From Octopus vulgaris (taxonomy: Eukaryota), in the NCBI GenBank assembly GCA_951406725.2, contig OX597836.1, forward strand, positions 1 through 64,000: DNA of 64,000 nucleotides. Direction: 5' to 3'. Within the stretch, counting starts at the first letter, position 1. The number at the start of each line of letters is the position of its first letter. A model generated the notes under the pieces. It was not told where the DNA came from and searched no databases. It worked only from the letters and a program-made list of their open reading frames with translations. Shown here piece by piece: positions 13,344 to 27,267 of the stretch. Made by a program: the position numbers and the translations under genes.

Positions 13344-14049
13344 ATAGAAATGATAAGACAACAAAAGAATGAAAGAGACCTCGATATTATGTAAATAGAG
13401 GAATTTATCTGTAAATGTAATATGTGACAATTATTTGGTAGCCATGATAAAGCTCCGAGTTTCGGATGTTGGGGTGGAAATCCATGCCACCATCTTCAGT
13501 TATCCGGCCATCAGAAAAAATTCTATGTAAATGACCGTTAAAACAAAGGGAAATTACTCTTTTATTGACTGTTATTAAGACAAAAGAGCTATTTGAATGA
13601 CCGCTAAGTGAGGGGAGGGAGTAAAAGTAAGGGGGTAAAATTGTACATAGTATTCGCGTAAGCGCGCATGTCCATACCTACACATGCACGCCTGCACACC
13701 CATGTACATGTGCCTATAAGTATACACTCATCCACCCTCACTTGAAACATACACATTCTCACCCATGCCATTCACCAAATATATATATATATACAATCCC
13801 ACACACACGCACACCAAAAAGTTTCATACACACGTCTATATACACACAAGCACAAGAAAAAACAGGGTTAAGGGCAACAATACAGAAAGTGTAAAGAAGT
13901 ATAAAAAAAATATATAAGCAATAAGAGTAAAACACGTCCTTATACACACATACTCACATACACACACACATACACAGCTATATATGCACATACCTGCACA
14001 CATGCACATACACAAAGGATTCCATATACATGTCTATACATTAAGTCAA

Positions 14050-14620
14050 ACCCAAAGGCCTTTCATTACATGAAAGAAACAGCCTCAGTACACTGCAAGA
14101 TAGGGCCACTCTTCCAAAAGGATGGCTCCCTCACAGACAGTCCAACTAAGATCAATGAGATACTGAATGACCAGTTCAAAAGTGTCTTTACCACCCCGTT
14201 GGAACACAGACAAATGAACGAACCAGTTGACTTCAGCCCATCTGTAAACTGAGTCCAACTCCTGCTGCAGGTATGCAACATTGCTGGGGTACTGTCTTTT
14301 CTGCAAGACTTTTGCATTGTCTGCGTAGCTTGCAAGGGTTTCCATCTGAGCAGTAGAAGGCATATCTGAGAGGGCCGCTATGAAAAGCAGTGGTCCCAAG
14401 ACAGTGCCCACTGGAACACTACTCACTATTAGTGTTTTCATTGAGGTGGTTCCATTGGCCACTACTACCTGACTTCTATCTTTCAGAAATTCATGTAACC
14501 ACTCTCCAAGTTTTCCAGTTATGCTGAGATCATGTAGTTTATGGCATATCATACTATGATTCACTTTATCAAAAGCAAAGTATATTACATCCACATTTGA
14601 GTTGTTGAGTAACTGCCTCA
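14050..14620. mobile_element. Rearranged CR1-like LINE fragments (two pieces in opposite orientation)
   Basis: Plus strand KIGPLFQKDGSLTDSP..EILNDQFKSVFT; minus strand DVIYFAFDKVNH..VPVGTVLGPLLF..SYADN (degenerate RT). Confidence 0.75.
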
Positions 14621-15001
14621 ACACCCAGTGATGTCCAGTGGCTTCTAGTGGCAGAAGTCTGAACTGTGAAGGGCTTGTCCCATAAAGAATGTTTCTGGTT
14701 ACTTTTGGGTACCCTCTCTTATATACACACATGTATATACACACACACACAGACAGTGTGTGAGGGATTATTGAAGTCACTTATATATCAGCATATTACT
14801 CTTTGCAAACCAAAATCAATGAAAAGGCTCATATTTCTTTTAGATCTTTCACAGCAGATAAAATGCTAATACAAGAAATGAAAATACATGCAGTCATTCT
14901 TGCTATATATGCAAAAAATAAAATTTAACTAGAAAGAACATGCTAATATAAAAATCATTGGGGAAAAAAAATGAAAAAAAAAAATACTATAAAATACTTA
15001 C

Positions 15002-15070
15002 TTGCATACCAGAGAGAGCTACTACACCCATATACAAGAATACACCATATAATACTGGCATAGGAATAAT
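15002..15070 (-). CDS. SLC4: SLC4 bicarbonate transporter exon (IIPMPVLYGVFLYMGVVALSGMQ)
   Basis: Hallmark SLC4 IPMPVLYGVFLYMG motif; aag acceptor and gtaagt donor; 69 bp, phase consistent. Confidence 0.93.
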
Positions 15071-15989
15071 CTTTAAAAGAGATAAAATTATGATTTATTT
15101 ACATTTAGTGTATCTCATGCAATTCTAGACATTACACCCATAATTTCTTGAGAGAGAGAGACTGAGTGAGTGTGTGTGAAAGTGTATTAGTGCTTATACT
15201 TCTGTAGTGCTGTGTGTCTATTAGTGCTTGTACTTTAGTACCATGTCCCACAGTCATGCCCAGGAATTTGGACTTGTATAAAATGGTTTGTGCTTTTTTA
15301 ATCCATGTAAGATGGAGTAAACTTCTCAACCATACAGCCATGCCAACACCTGTTGTGATATGAAGGACATTTAGTTGATATTTCTCAAAGGCTTATCTCA
15401 TAAAATATCTAGTTTGACTATACCACCTATTTTTGATACATCAAAATAAAACACTATATTCTAATTTATTCACAGGGTAACATAAAAAGAAAATATATTG
15501 GGTTCAAATTATTGCATATAATATATAATCCTTTCTACCATAAGCTTGAAATTTTGGTGGGTTGGAGCTAGTTGATTACATCAATCCCAGTGCACAACTA
15601 GTACTTATTTCATTGACCCTGAAAGGATGGAAGGTAAAGTTGACCTTGACAGAATTTGAAATCAAAACTCTAAGACAGATGAAATCCTGCAAAGTATTTC
15701 ATCTGGCATACTAATGACTCTGCCAGCTTGCAACCTTAATAATAATAAAAATGAAAAGAAATAATAATTATCTGTGTATGTGTATGTATATATGACATGT
15801 TGTGTTTTAGTTATGCACGTGTTGTGATTATATTTCTCTAAAGCAATGTAAGCACAGCTGACAGTCATTGGTAGTCATGCTGCTGTATTGATCTATAAAT
15901 AAGATTTATGGTATCAACTGATGTTTTACAAAATCGTGTTGGCATATCTTTGTGAATTTTACAATAACTGGTAATTTTGTGTGAAGAAG

Positions 15990-16550
15990 TGCCATTCCCA
16001 AACTGCTGAAGGAATCCAGGGTAGAGGTAGACCCAGGAAGACATGGGATGAAGTGGTCAAGCATGACCATCATACGCTGAGCCTCACAGAGGTTATGACA
16101 AAAGACTAAGACCTCTGAAGATATGCCGTGACTTCGAAGACCCGACAAATGAAGTGAGTTCATGCCTTGCAGGATGGCCTGCTGCGCTTGAGGAGACCTA
16201 TTGTGTCAAGTTCATCAACATCAAAATAAAAATCATATGGATATTGTAGTTGTGATACCTGTGCTGGTGGCACGTATGGCCTCTCAGAGGAAATGATGAA
16301 GACTGAGACCCCTGAGATATGCTGTGACTGTGAAGACCCGACAAATGAAGTGAGTTCATGGCTCGCAGGATGGCCGCTGTGCTAACCTTGGACCGTAGAG
16401 TGACCCGCTGTTCTTGAGGAGACCAATTGAGTCAAGTACGTCAACATCAAAATAAAAATCAAATGGAAATTGTAGTTAAGACACCTGTGCCGGTGACACA
16501 TAAAAAGCACCGTCTGAACGTGGCAGATGCCAGCACTGCCTGACTGGCAT
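15990..16550 (+). mobile_element. Degenerate RTE LINE 3' fragment with internal duplication
   Basis: ggtagaggtagacccaggaagacatgggatgaagtggtc (GRGRPRKTWDEVV) followed by a twice-repeated 3' UTR segment. Confidence 0.7.
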
Positions 16551-17422
16551 CTCTCTCACAGAGAACCTAAATATGTGTTGGTTAGATATAAAATTTAACC
16601 CTTGATTCTTACTTATTCTTTAGTGAATGGTTCCTATGTTAACTAACTCAAAAGGATGATAAAAGAGAAGTGGATTTACTTGGGATTTAAACTTAGAATT
16701 AAAAGAGAGGTAATCAAATATTTTGATTACATAATATTTTGCCTGATACACTACCAGTTTTGCCATCTTCTAACCACTTGCATATAGAAATAAAATTAAC
16801 AAAAAGTCAAAATGGTTTTCCTTAAAAAGGTTTTAAATATCCAATTCTCAATTAAACTACAAACTTATGAAAAGAGATACTTAAACAGTTCCTTTAATGT
16901 TTCTGACAAACAGCCATTCATGGGAAACATTTTGTTCACAGTACACTAACATATATCTCCCTCTTTCTTTTTTAACAAACTATTGATGCAGACCATCATG
17001 AGTTTCATAAGCTAACTAGTGAGTCTCTATATGATCATTGAACCTGCAAGAGATGGCAGTCAGATATCCCTCAAACCAACCATGGAATATTTTTCTTCTT
17101 AAATATCTTAGGAACAAGGAGACCATTTGAATGGTGAAGAAAATATGTATTTTGGAGTTTGCCGAACACTTAAAAATAAATAAATAAATGTAAAAAATAT
17201 TAAAACTTCTCATTTAACAAATTTGTATTTCAAGAGTGAATTGGTTATCTTCAAAAGTTTTTTGGAAAACTTTAATTACTGATACATTCCTCTCACAGCA
17301 TAGGAATGTAAATTTGGAAATTCACTAGTCTTAAATCTGTTGATTATCCTAACTGAACAATGATAATGAAGAATATACTATGTCAAACAATGGAACTTGT
17401 GAAATAAAAACAAATAACAAAC

Positions 17423-17495
17423 CTTGAGAATTGATGTGAGCAGGACAGACAGACCACTTAAGATGCCAACACAAATTGCTGTTACTCTTTGTTCC
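17423..17495 (-). CDS. SLC4: SLC4 exon (EQRVTAICVGILSGLSVLLTSILK)
   Basis: Conserved EQRVT motif; 73 bp; phase matches neighbouring exons; AG/GT boundaries. Confidence 0.9.
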
Positions 17496-20400
17496 CTTTT
17501 TGGATAATAATAATAATGATGATAATAATAATAATAACAATAATAATAATAATAATAATAATAAATGTGTTCTTTATTAACCACTAAAGGTTTGCAATAA
17601 AGGTTGATGACAGCCAAGGACAATATAATGAGATTACATAAAAGCACAAAAACAATAAAATAACAGAAACTAACAAAAAAAGACTGACTTGAGGATTTAT
17701 TTCCACATTGCATGTACACTACTTGGGTCCACCAAACAGCTTTGTCCTTTCTGTTTTAAAGCACACATCTTTGCTCTGACAAATGCGCATCCCAGGTGGC
17801 ATTCCAGTTGCCTACTAACACTAAAATACTAGAGTGGATGTTCTAAGGAAACTCTCCAGATGCCTGAAGAAATTTAGTTGCCCCACCATCACTGGGACTA
17901 TTAGTTTGAAGACACCCCGCTTTACTGCTTGCTGTTCATGTGCAGGACCACGACTTTACCTTCTAGGTTAATGAAGATAGTCCATGTCATGAGATTCAGA
18001 CTCTTTTCAACCAACACAGCCACTCCACCTCTAAATCTTGATTGACTTGGAGATTTGTACCCTTTATACCCACTAAAAATGGGTATTAAAGTTTGTGGTT
18101 CAGAAATGCTTGACTCACTGTAGGCTCCTCATCACGATGACTGTGTGGTGTGTGTCAAGGAAGTACAGGTCTTGCTTGGTTTTTGTCCCGTTCTTAGTAT
18201 ATTTTTTTAGTGTTTACTCTTGTCTGTAGTCTTATAACCCTTGGTGGCAATGTATCTTCTGTTGTGTATATTGCTGTTGCATTCACTCTTGGTGTTGTTG
18301 TTGCTGAATGTGTTGCTTCCAGTGTTGTCACTGCTACTGCTGTTGGTGTGTTCGCACTAGTGGAAGCTTTCTTTCAGCTGTTATAGCAGAAAGACTTAAG
18401 GTGATTAGTGTTTCCAGTTGTAGTATTGAGGCCTTCTACCCTCCCCTATCACCTTCAGTTGTCACCATCTTACAATACCTATTAGGTCAGGGATTTGGCT
18501 GAGTGTATCAGAAGTTTCACCTGAATCAAAATCTCCAACTCCACCCCAACGTAATTTTCCTTTTGGAATATTTATCTCAAGCAGAATGCTAAGGTCTTCC
18601 AAAACCAGATATTTCACCATCCACTAGCAGTCTGGTTCTTAGTGGTATGTCTGAGATCACTCTCCATCCTAGGTAAATCAGTGTCAGTGTGAAATTTTCA
18701 GCTCTTTGTGGGGAAATAGAGTGCTTCTGGACAAGGGCTTCCATGTGTAAAATAACTTGGATGTTTCTGATTTATGGGCATGTCCCTTAAAATAAATGTC
18801 TGACCAAATCTTTCTTAAACAGAGATTAGCTTGTTCAGAAGTATATGCTTTTTATTGATAGGTATCCATATAGAATTGTTTTCATTTCTGTTTGGTCTAA
18901 AAGGTGTTGTGATATATTGAGCATAGCTTTTTTTTCTGTTCTAGTCTGTTGATGTGCCTCTACTTCTTTTAAATATTCATGTTTTTTGCCCAGTGAGATA
19001 AAGTTGAAAACGATCTTGGCAAAGGAAATATTTCTTGTGTTATCATTGTTACTGTCATTATTACTTTTTATTGAGGAGGTGCTTGTTTCGTTTGTGTGGC
19101 TACATTTTGTTGCTATAGACGAAGTGACAGTGGTAATACATGATTTGCCACTGCTGGTGATTCATAGAACAATTCATTGACATGTCATTGTTCTTGCTAT
19201 GGCTATTATTGTTATGCTATGGCTACTGATGTTGCTGTTACTGTTTTAAAATACTACTGTGGTATTGCTTTTGTATTTAAATTCTACTGTGGTAGAAAAT
19301 TAGTGTAAAAGATGGTATCACCTTCAAAACTGTCTTGCACCTTCTTCTACTGGCTGGTTAGCAAAATCACCATTTCAACAATTTTTTGTATGCTTTGAAA
19401 GATTTTTCTTTCTTTTAAAATTTTACCTCATAAGGCAAATAACAAAAATGGTTGATCAGTCCCTTATGGTTCTGATCAACTAAGAAACAAGGCAGAACAA
19501 TAAAATTAACAAAAACAAGGTACAAACTCATGGCATTTCCCAAATACATTGTTTCAGTGATCAACAACAACAATAATAATAACTGTCTCTCATTTAAGCA
19601 ATTTTGAGGGGAGGGGATAAGTTTATACCATTAACCCAGGTCTAGACTAGAATTTTGTTTTATTGATCTGAAAGGATGAAAATAAAGTTGACCCTCATGA
19701 AATCGAAATAGTACTAGGCATTTTGTTTGACACAAATGATTCAGTTAGTCCACTACACTGAATGATTTCCAACATAGGTACAAACCAGAAATTTAGTGGG
19801 AGGGAACAGTCAATTATGTCACCTCTAGTACTTGGCTGCTACTTTATCAACCAAAGAAGGACAGCTAGAAAAGCTGAACTCAGTAAAATTTGAACTTAAA
19901 TGTAAAGACCTGGTGCAAATATCAAAAAGGAAAGAAAATAAAACAAGTCTGAAAGATGACTAGAGTATACAAAAGAATATACAATTTCTGTCAACAAATT
20001 CATTGTAAGGCAATATCTCCTTTGCCACCCTCACCTACTACTAAGTGCGTGGCATCAATCCTTTCAGTTTTTCCATCATATAACCTTTTTTTGCCAGACA
20101 GAGGAAAAGTATCTGTCCTTTCCAATAAAAGGAAGGTGCTGGGGCACTTCTTACAATGAACATGGATGATAGCAGAACCCATCCTCCATGCAGCTGACTG
20201 GTAGGTCTGCAATACTCAATTACTAAATTGGTGTATACAAAAAGCATCATTATTCTGCACACATTTCAAGTATGTCCAGCTGACAGTGCCTGTAGAGTTT
20301 ATCTCAAATTGACAGTACCTTACCAGTTGCAATGCCCGGCCATGGATTCCTGGAAGTCACATGGTTTAAAGTTCTCTAGAATAAACTGTGAAGTTGATGA

Positions 20401-20650
20401 TCATTAACATCTGCAGTTAACCCAGGAATATTGTCACTTTATTTACCTCATACTACTTGAGTTGCATTGTAAAATAGCATAAAAATTGTTATTTTCTTGC
20501 TTTCCCTTTTTTTGTTTCATTAAAATCATGCAGACAGATACATGTACACTTAAACAGGTGTTCACATTCACACTCATACAGACATACATGTGCACATTCT
20601 CTTTCATCTTTTGCTATATATGACACTTCTTAGAAGAAATTTTCACTGAC

Positions 20651-20829
20651 CGAACACCCAAGAAAACTGGTCTTTCCCCAGGAGCATTACACTCTGATTC
20701 TCTCTTCAAACTCATTATGTGTGCCAGAGCAGACACTGTAGCAGCAACATACCAAGGTAAACCAAACAAAGAACAGAGACCAATCAAAACTGCTACCACC
20801 AACATATCAAGATGATAACCACCACCTTT
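20651..20829 (-). CDS. SLC4: SLC4 exon ([10 protein letters not shown]...[37 protein letters not shown])
   Basis: Conserved GYHLD and PWYVAATV motifs; cag acceptor, gtcagt donor; 179 bp. Confidence 0.95.
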
Positions 20830-21371
20830 CTGTAAATAGAGAGAAGCAAAATAGTTTAAAGCACTGAATGAAAATTTATAATTCAAGAAATGTAGCAAAA
20901 AAAAGTAAAATAAACAAAATATTGGTTTAAAATTAGCAATGAATCAAGGATAGAACTGCCAAGTCAAATCTGAGTTCTGATGGTCGTGTGGAACTTTCAT
21001 TCCAGAAGCGATTTGCATTGTCTTGCTCTGGAGTTCAGTTTCTTATAAGAGTAATTGAGCTCAATATTTATTTATAGTGATGTGAACCCTCAAAGCACCT
21101 CAAATTGAGATAAAATCTTTGGAAACTAAAGCCCAGAATCATTGTAACTAGTTTCTCTATCACCACTGTGACTAATCTTCTAGTAGTCATAAGAAAATTG
21201 ATACAAAATGTAAAGAATGGTGAATGCAACAAACTCCATATCTTCTGCTAACTCTTTTTCCCCATGAGTTTCACATGAGGATTGGCTTTCTTGTTCATCA
21301 ATACTATCAACCATTTACTCAGGGGGAAATTGAAATTCTTGGACATAAGAAGCAACTAATGTTGGACTATA

Positions 21372-21625
21372 TCATCATCGTTTAGCGTCCGTTTTCCATG
21401 CTAGCATGGGTTGGACGGGTCAACTGGGGTCTGTGAAGCTGGAAGGCTTCGTCAGGCCCAGTCAGATCTGGCAGTGTTTCTACGGCTGGATGCCCTTCCT
21501 AACGCCAACCACTCCGCGAGTGTAGTGGGTGTTTTTTACGTGCCACCTGCACAGGTGCCAGACAGAGCTGGCGAACGGCCACGAACGGATGGTGCTTTTA
21601 CGTGTCACCGGCACGGGGCCAGGCA
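21372..21625 (-). mobile_element. RTE LINE 3'-end fragment
   Basis: Shares catcatcgttta..cgtccg..tttccatgctagcatgggttggacgg terminus with the RTE copies at 39270 and 41478. Confidence 0.75.
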
Positions 21626-22505
21626 AAATTGTCCCTATTGACATAATACAGCTACAGTTATGATATGGATCATTGATTTGATGGTTGGATATTTGCCATC
21701 CTATCTATTAAGGTATATGTCTATCCAATAAATTTCTGATCAGTTCTTCACTACCAAATTTTACTTATAAGACTGATTTAAGTAAAAGTTATGATAGAAG
21801 TCATTTGTCCATTGTACCATGGACTGAGATCAAGCCCACAAGTATTTGGCTATAGAGCACTTTTTAACTACAGCAGTATCTATTATGTGCTAGAGATGAC
21901 ATTTAGGAGTAAGTTTACAACAGCAACATAACAGCTTCAATAATATTGATTCTAAACTTACAAACAAGGCCACGCATTTTGGGAGAGATGTATAGTTCTC
22001 TTAAATCAAACCCAGAACTTGGTTCATACTTATTTTATCAACCCTGGAAGAATGAAGAGCTAAGTCAGTCTTGACAAGTTTATTAGGGACCTTTAAACTC
22101 AGAACCTTAACTACCATAAGAAGTGCCTAACACTCCACCAATTTTCTGCAAATAATGATTTCTGAATTCAGTATAGTCAGATTTGCATTGGGATAATGCT
22201 GTTGCTACTGTTAACCATATCCTCAACACCATTTAAAAAAGAAAAAGGCATGTGAGGGTGAGATGTAGGCTACCTTTTTGATTGGTGGTGGCTTTGGTGT
22301 AACCAATCCATTGCAGCGTTGCAGCTGTACTTGAAATCATTGCTCCTGCTGTCGATAATATGTTTGTGCAAAAGATAACAGTCTGAGTCCAAATTGTCTT
22401 GGCTTCTCTTATGGGCAAAAAGCCTTCAAATGTTTTGATACTGAATAATAATAATAACATCAAAAAATACCTTAGGAATGAGAACCCAGGTTCAAAATTT
22501 CCCAA

Positions 22506-22551
22506 GACACCTGATGAAGCCTGAAGGATATATCAGCCAAAACGTTGTGTT
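22506..22551 (+). ncRNA. Degenerate minimal hammerhead (G12>A, probably inactive)
   Basis: gacac-CTGATGA-agcctga...tcagcc-AAAA-CG-TT-gtgtt; stem I gacac/gtgtt; palindromic aacgtt. Confidence 0.6.
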
Positions 22552-23900
22552 AACAACAAACAAAATGAGGACAAATATCCATCAAATGTAAATAATGTAG
22601 AATCATTATTATAGGTCAAATCATTTTTCAAACCACTCCAACTGACTGTGTAAAGGAAAACTTGTTGAAATTTTTGCTCATCTTAATCCGAAGAATAAAT
22701 ATCCATAATTTCCTCATTTGTAAAGAATTTAGGCCTTGCTTGTTTACCAGACAAAGTGCAAGGTTCATCACAAAAGGAACTAATTTCTTTTTCTCAAAAT
22801 CAAAAGTAAACATCAGTTATGGAGGATGCCATTAATAATGAGTCATAAATACTCTACACTGCAAAGCTGCAATGTGACTGATTGTCTATTTTTAGTATTT
22901 TATCTTCTTTTTCTACGTGTGTTGTTCATTACTGCTTTAATGGGAATCTGGTTGAGATTACATTTTGGCAATTCCTACTATAGCAGGAACACAGTTTGAC
23001 AAGGCTAATCCATCTCATCACTTTCCTGCAAAGTCAACTGGCAGAGTCCATCTCCTTTTCTCCCAAAATTAAACCTGGTAGAGCCAATCTCCCTTTTTCT
23101 GTTAAGTCAACCTGACAGAGTCCATCCTCCTCCATAAGAATCAGTAGAGTTCCACCCACCCTATGACCAATGAAACAACCTCTGCATGGAAATTCAAACT
23201 ACCAGAAATAGCAGCCAGTTTTCCTAATCATAGCTTCCCACCTGAGAATATGTTAGTTAATGTGTTTCTAGACTCACTTGCCAAGGGAAAAAAATGGGCT
23301 GATTAGGTCACCTATGACCAAAAGCACGGGTGCTTTTGGTCATAGGTTTGCTCAATCAGGGTGAATATGGGACAAAGCAAAAATGACTCATCCAAACATT
23401 TCATTTTTTTTTCCATACTTGCACAGGCTGGAGAGGTCCTCTTCAGCAGGGCTTATCACCATGTTTTGCAGCTCTTGTTTTCATATGGGTCATTATAACT
23501 TCTTCCCATATTTTCACCGAACTCCTTTTGCTTGGAACTCTTAGCAGTTCACCCATCTTTCATGGCTAATAAACTTAATCTGTCCCGATGTATAAAATCA
23601 CAACCTTTCATTTTGGATGCCTTTTGTAGAGCCCACTTTGGCAAAAGCTTTTGAGCTTGGTCTCCAATCTAAGGATAATTTTTACCTTTTAACCCAGTAA
23701 TATTAGGGGTCTTGGAAATGGCAGTGGATGCCCCCTTTCTCTTCAGACTAAGTTATCAGAAAAGACACCTCTACAAAAAGAAAAAGTAAAAAATAAAAAA
23801 CACTTAACATTCTTCATATACAGCTCCATGCCAATGTATTCTCATTATATGCTCACAACACCAGATCTCAAAACAAAAATAAGATAATATAAAATCTTAC

Positions 23901-24182
23901 CACAAGCTTATTTTCTTTACGGTTAACAATCACACTTGTTATTTGCTGATCTAAAAATACCAGAATTGAAGCCAACATTGCTGGTAAGCAGGCTGCAATA
24001 TATAACCACCATGGATTCTTGCTACTAATTGGGTTGATGACCCAGTCACGCTTTGATGGGTCAGTTGGTTGGAACTTTGTAGGAACTGTTAATTTTGGTG
24101 TGTCCAGACCAACTGCGGCATCTATGCCAGACATCACTATAATTGCGATGAACACAGCAAAGTCACTGGTAATTTGTCGTAC
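23901..24182 (-). CDS. SLC4: SLC4 exon (VRQITSDFAVFIAI...DTPKLTVP...FLDQQITSVIVNRKENKLV)
   Basis: SDF, TPKL.VP and DQQIT.VIVNR.E.KL motifs; tag acceptor, gtaaga donor; 282 bp. Confidence 0.96.
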
Positions 24183-24374
24183 CTAAAAATAGTATATATA
24201 ATAATAATCATCCTTTTACTATATTAACAAAGCCTGAAATTTTAGTCAATTACATTGAGCCACTGGCATTTATTTTATCAACCTTCAAAGGACGAACGGC
24301 AAAGTCAACTATGGCATAATTTTAACACAGAATGTAAAGAAGACTAAATGCTGCAAAACATTTTGTTCAGTTTG

Positions 24375-24851
24375 CTAACATTTATATATATAAAGGGACT
24401 CCACCTGTACTTTTTTACAATAGCAGCAAGAGGCCTCGGGCCATTTAACACTGGGGAAGTTGAATTCCCTCACAAGAAACACACTCACGTGATGTACCAG
24501 TTTCATGAAGGTTTCTTTTATTTTTGTGAGGTAATCTTCAATCTTGGCCATGTGGTTTGGAGCATTTGGTGGATGATATGTATTGCATATGACTATATTG
24601 TGTTGTCTTATGTATACAGCTTGAGTGTTACACACTGAATTTGAGTTTGGCAGTAGGAGCTGGGCCAGGAGGTCCTCATGGATGTATACAGCAACTCCAC
24701 CACAGCTCCTTTCCCTTCTGTCCATTCGCAGTATAGTATATTTTGGTATGTGTACTTCTGCATCCTCCATATCAGGCCTAAGATGAGTTTCCATGAGTGC
24801 TATGCATGGGCTTGATTTTGCTTTTATTGTTATGATGCAACAGGGCTTCAA
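24375..24851 (-). mobile_element. LINE apurinic-endonuclease-domain relic (CR1-like)
   Basis: ETHLRPDMEDAEVHIPKYTILRMDR..GGVAVY, YHPPN and EFNFP motifs. Confidence 0.75.
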
Positions 24852-25599
24852 TATTTAGTAAAAATAGTGGCATGATGACTGTGCAGGCGTTAGGGGAGGC
24901 TGTCCCATGTCTGTTGATTGCAGTAGGCAAGGTTCTGTGCTTGTGCTTGATGTGACCAAAGTTCTGTGTATTTAATGTGCAAAAAAGACTTGCTCAGCTG
25001 CTGCATTTTGCATACCATCTGAGGAGTGCACTACATCTGCATACTTTCTCTTTGGAGACGAGAAGTATTTGGTGGGGTCTCAGGTGAGCAAATTGGTAGT
25101 TTGTACCATCTTCCACATGCCAATATTTGCTTTGCATGTCCTTATCTTTACTCCAATTTTTTACTCTCCTCTAGAGTTGGTAATACCATTGGAGTCTCCA
25201 TATTTGGGTTGTTTTTGTTTTATGTTTGGTGGGTCTTGGTTTTAATTTTGTTTCTTCATTTCCTTTTCCTTCCTCTCCCATTCTTTTGTGGGATCACTGG
25301 ATCTGAGGGACTTCTAGTTGTTGCTTCATCTTCCCTATCCTTATCAGCTTTGCCACAGTTGTTTTTCATAATGGCATCAGAATGTCAATGTGTGGTCTAA
25401 TAAGAGCATATGATTGGCTAAATCCATTTTTCTTCCATTCTATCTGCTCTGTGGTTCTACCATTGTTCTTCAGTGCAGCAGTAATGATGTTGTTTGGAGG
25501 ATTGCCACTAGCAGTTGTCCAAGCTCACAACAGTAGTTTCAGTTCCTTGCTCTCCAATTTTGGTGCCATCTTCGTAGTCAAAACCCAGAGGGGCTAGTA

Positions 25600-25945
25600 A
25601 AGATAGAGAGGAAGTGAGAGAGACAGAAGGGGGTAAAGAGAGAGACAGAAGGATGGAGAGGGAAAGAGAGAGGGAGATATGACGGAGAGAGAAAAGGGAG
25701 TATGAAGTGATAGGGAGAGGAAAGACAGAGGATAATATACAGGAAGGAGAATGGAGCGATAGGGAGATAGAGAGGAAGGGGAAGAGAAAGAGAGAGACAG
25801 AGTGAGGGGGAGAGGAGGGGAAAGAAGGAAGGTATGAAAGGGAGGGGAGAGAAAGATAGAGACAGAGTGAGGGAGAGACAAGAGGAAAAAGAAGATATGA
25901 AAGAGAGAGAGGGACAGCAAGTAAAGAAGATATGAAGGAAAGAGA
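25600..25945. repeat. Purine-rich (GA) low-complexity tract
   Basis: About 350 nt almost entirely G/A on the plus strand. Confidence 0.85.
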
Positions 25946-26859
25946 AAACAGAGGGTATGGAATGAAAATGGCAACTGTAAATGAATGAAATGGCCGCTGT
26001 AATGTTTGCCAAATTCCATTGAGTGAACATATAGAAACGTGGTCAGAAAATGTTTCAAAACTTTCCTTTCTACAAACTACATGACACAAATGAGGTTGGA
26101 AGAAAGATAAAAGAAAAAAGTTTTGAACAGAAATAAGAACAATAATATAACAACCAGTTAATGATGTAGATTAAAAAATATCTTTAACGTATGAATATAA
26201 ACTGATTACAGCAGACTCCCACTAACTGAAATAAAAACAATCAAAACCAGCTAAGTTTGCTCACTCATAAAACCATTACATGTAAACCACAAGCTAATTG
26301 GTTAAAATAAAGGCAAGTTCTATGCCAGTAATATCGGTATGCCCAGAAAACCATGGTGTTTAACTGCATGCAGATTGGACAAAACCATGTTCCAAAAATT
26401 CAGCTTGTTGGAGCCTTCTACGAGGTATAAAAAGGAAGAAGTCAGTCGTTTTACTACAGCTGTCAAGAACTCAACTGTCAGTTGAATACATTTTGAAATC
26501 TGATGATTACTACAAACGTATGAAACTGCTAATTGAACTTTATGAACATTACAAAATATTTTTTAATCTTTAACACATTTCAACATTGTAAGAAAATTTT
26601 TCAAAATACAATAAAAAACGTAAAAATGAGACCACGTTTTAATTCCATTCAACTAATATATTATTCTATACACATTTACGCAAATTCAGAAATATACACA
26701 CACACACACACATATTTGAAAGTGTATGAGAATTACTTGATATGATTTTTAAAGTGTACAATTGATTCTTTACAAATATTTTTTTAAATGTTATGAAATC
26801 TATTATGAGGATGTTACTAACCATTTTTGGGAAGAAGTGTTTTTATAGTGTGTGTGAGC

Positions 26860-27267
26860 GCTTTTACTCTTTTACTTGTTTCAGTCATTTGACTGCGGAC
26901 ATGCTGGAGCACCGCCTTTAGTCAAGCAAATCGACCCCGGGACTTATTCTTTGTAAGCCCAGTACTTATTCTATCGGTCTGTTTTGCCGAACCGCTAAGT
27001 GATAGGGACGTAAACACACCAGCATCGGTTGTCAAGCAATGCTAGTGAGACAAACACAGACACACAAACACATACACACACACATATATATATACATATA
27101 TACGACAGGCTTCTTTCAGTTTCCGTCTACCAAATCCACTCACAAGGCATTGGTCGGCCCAGGGCTATAGCAGAAGACACTTGCCCAAGATGCCACGCAG
27201 TGGGACTGAACCCGGAACCATATGGTTGGTTAGCAAGCTACTTACCACACAGCCACTCCTGCGCCTA
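26860..27267 (-). mobile_element. tRNA-derived octopus-type SINE
   Basis: Reverse complement of the 33981-34355 family: ggcgcaggagtggctgtgtgg head, ggttcagtccc B box, gactgaaacaagtaaaagagtaaaag tail. Confidence 0.85.

Noticed and set aside
17016-17213. ORF with KIHIFFTIQ resembling the SLC4 'RVHLFT.IQ' segment
   Set aside because: Wrong order relative to the 15002-15070 exon, flanking motifs absent, and adjacent exons already join in frame.
17564-19400. Possible old LINE (L1/Tx1-like) next to (TAA)n
   Set aside because: Too degenerate to show diagnostic motifs by eye.
25508-26089. Ser/Leu/Pro-rich minus-strand ORFs
   Set aside because: Products of the GA-rich low-complexity tract.
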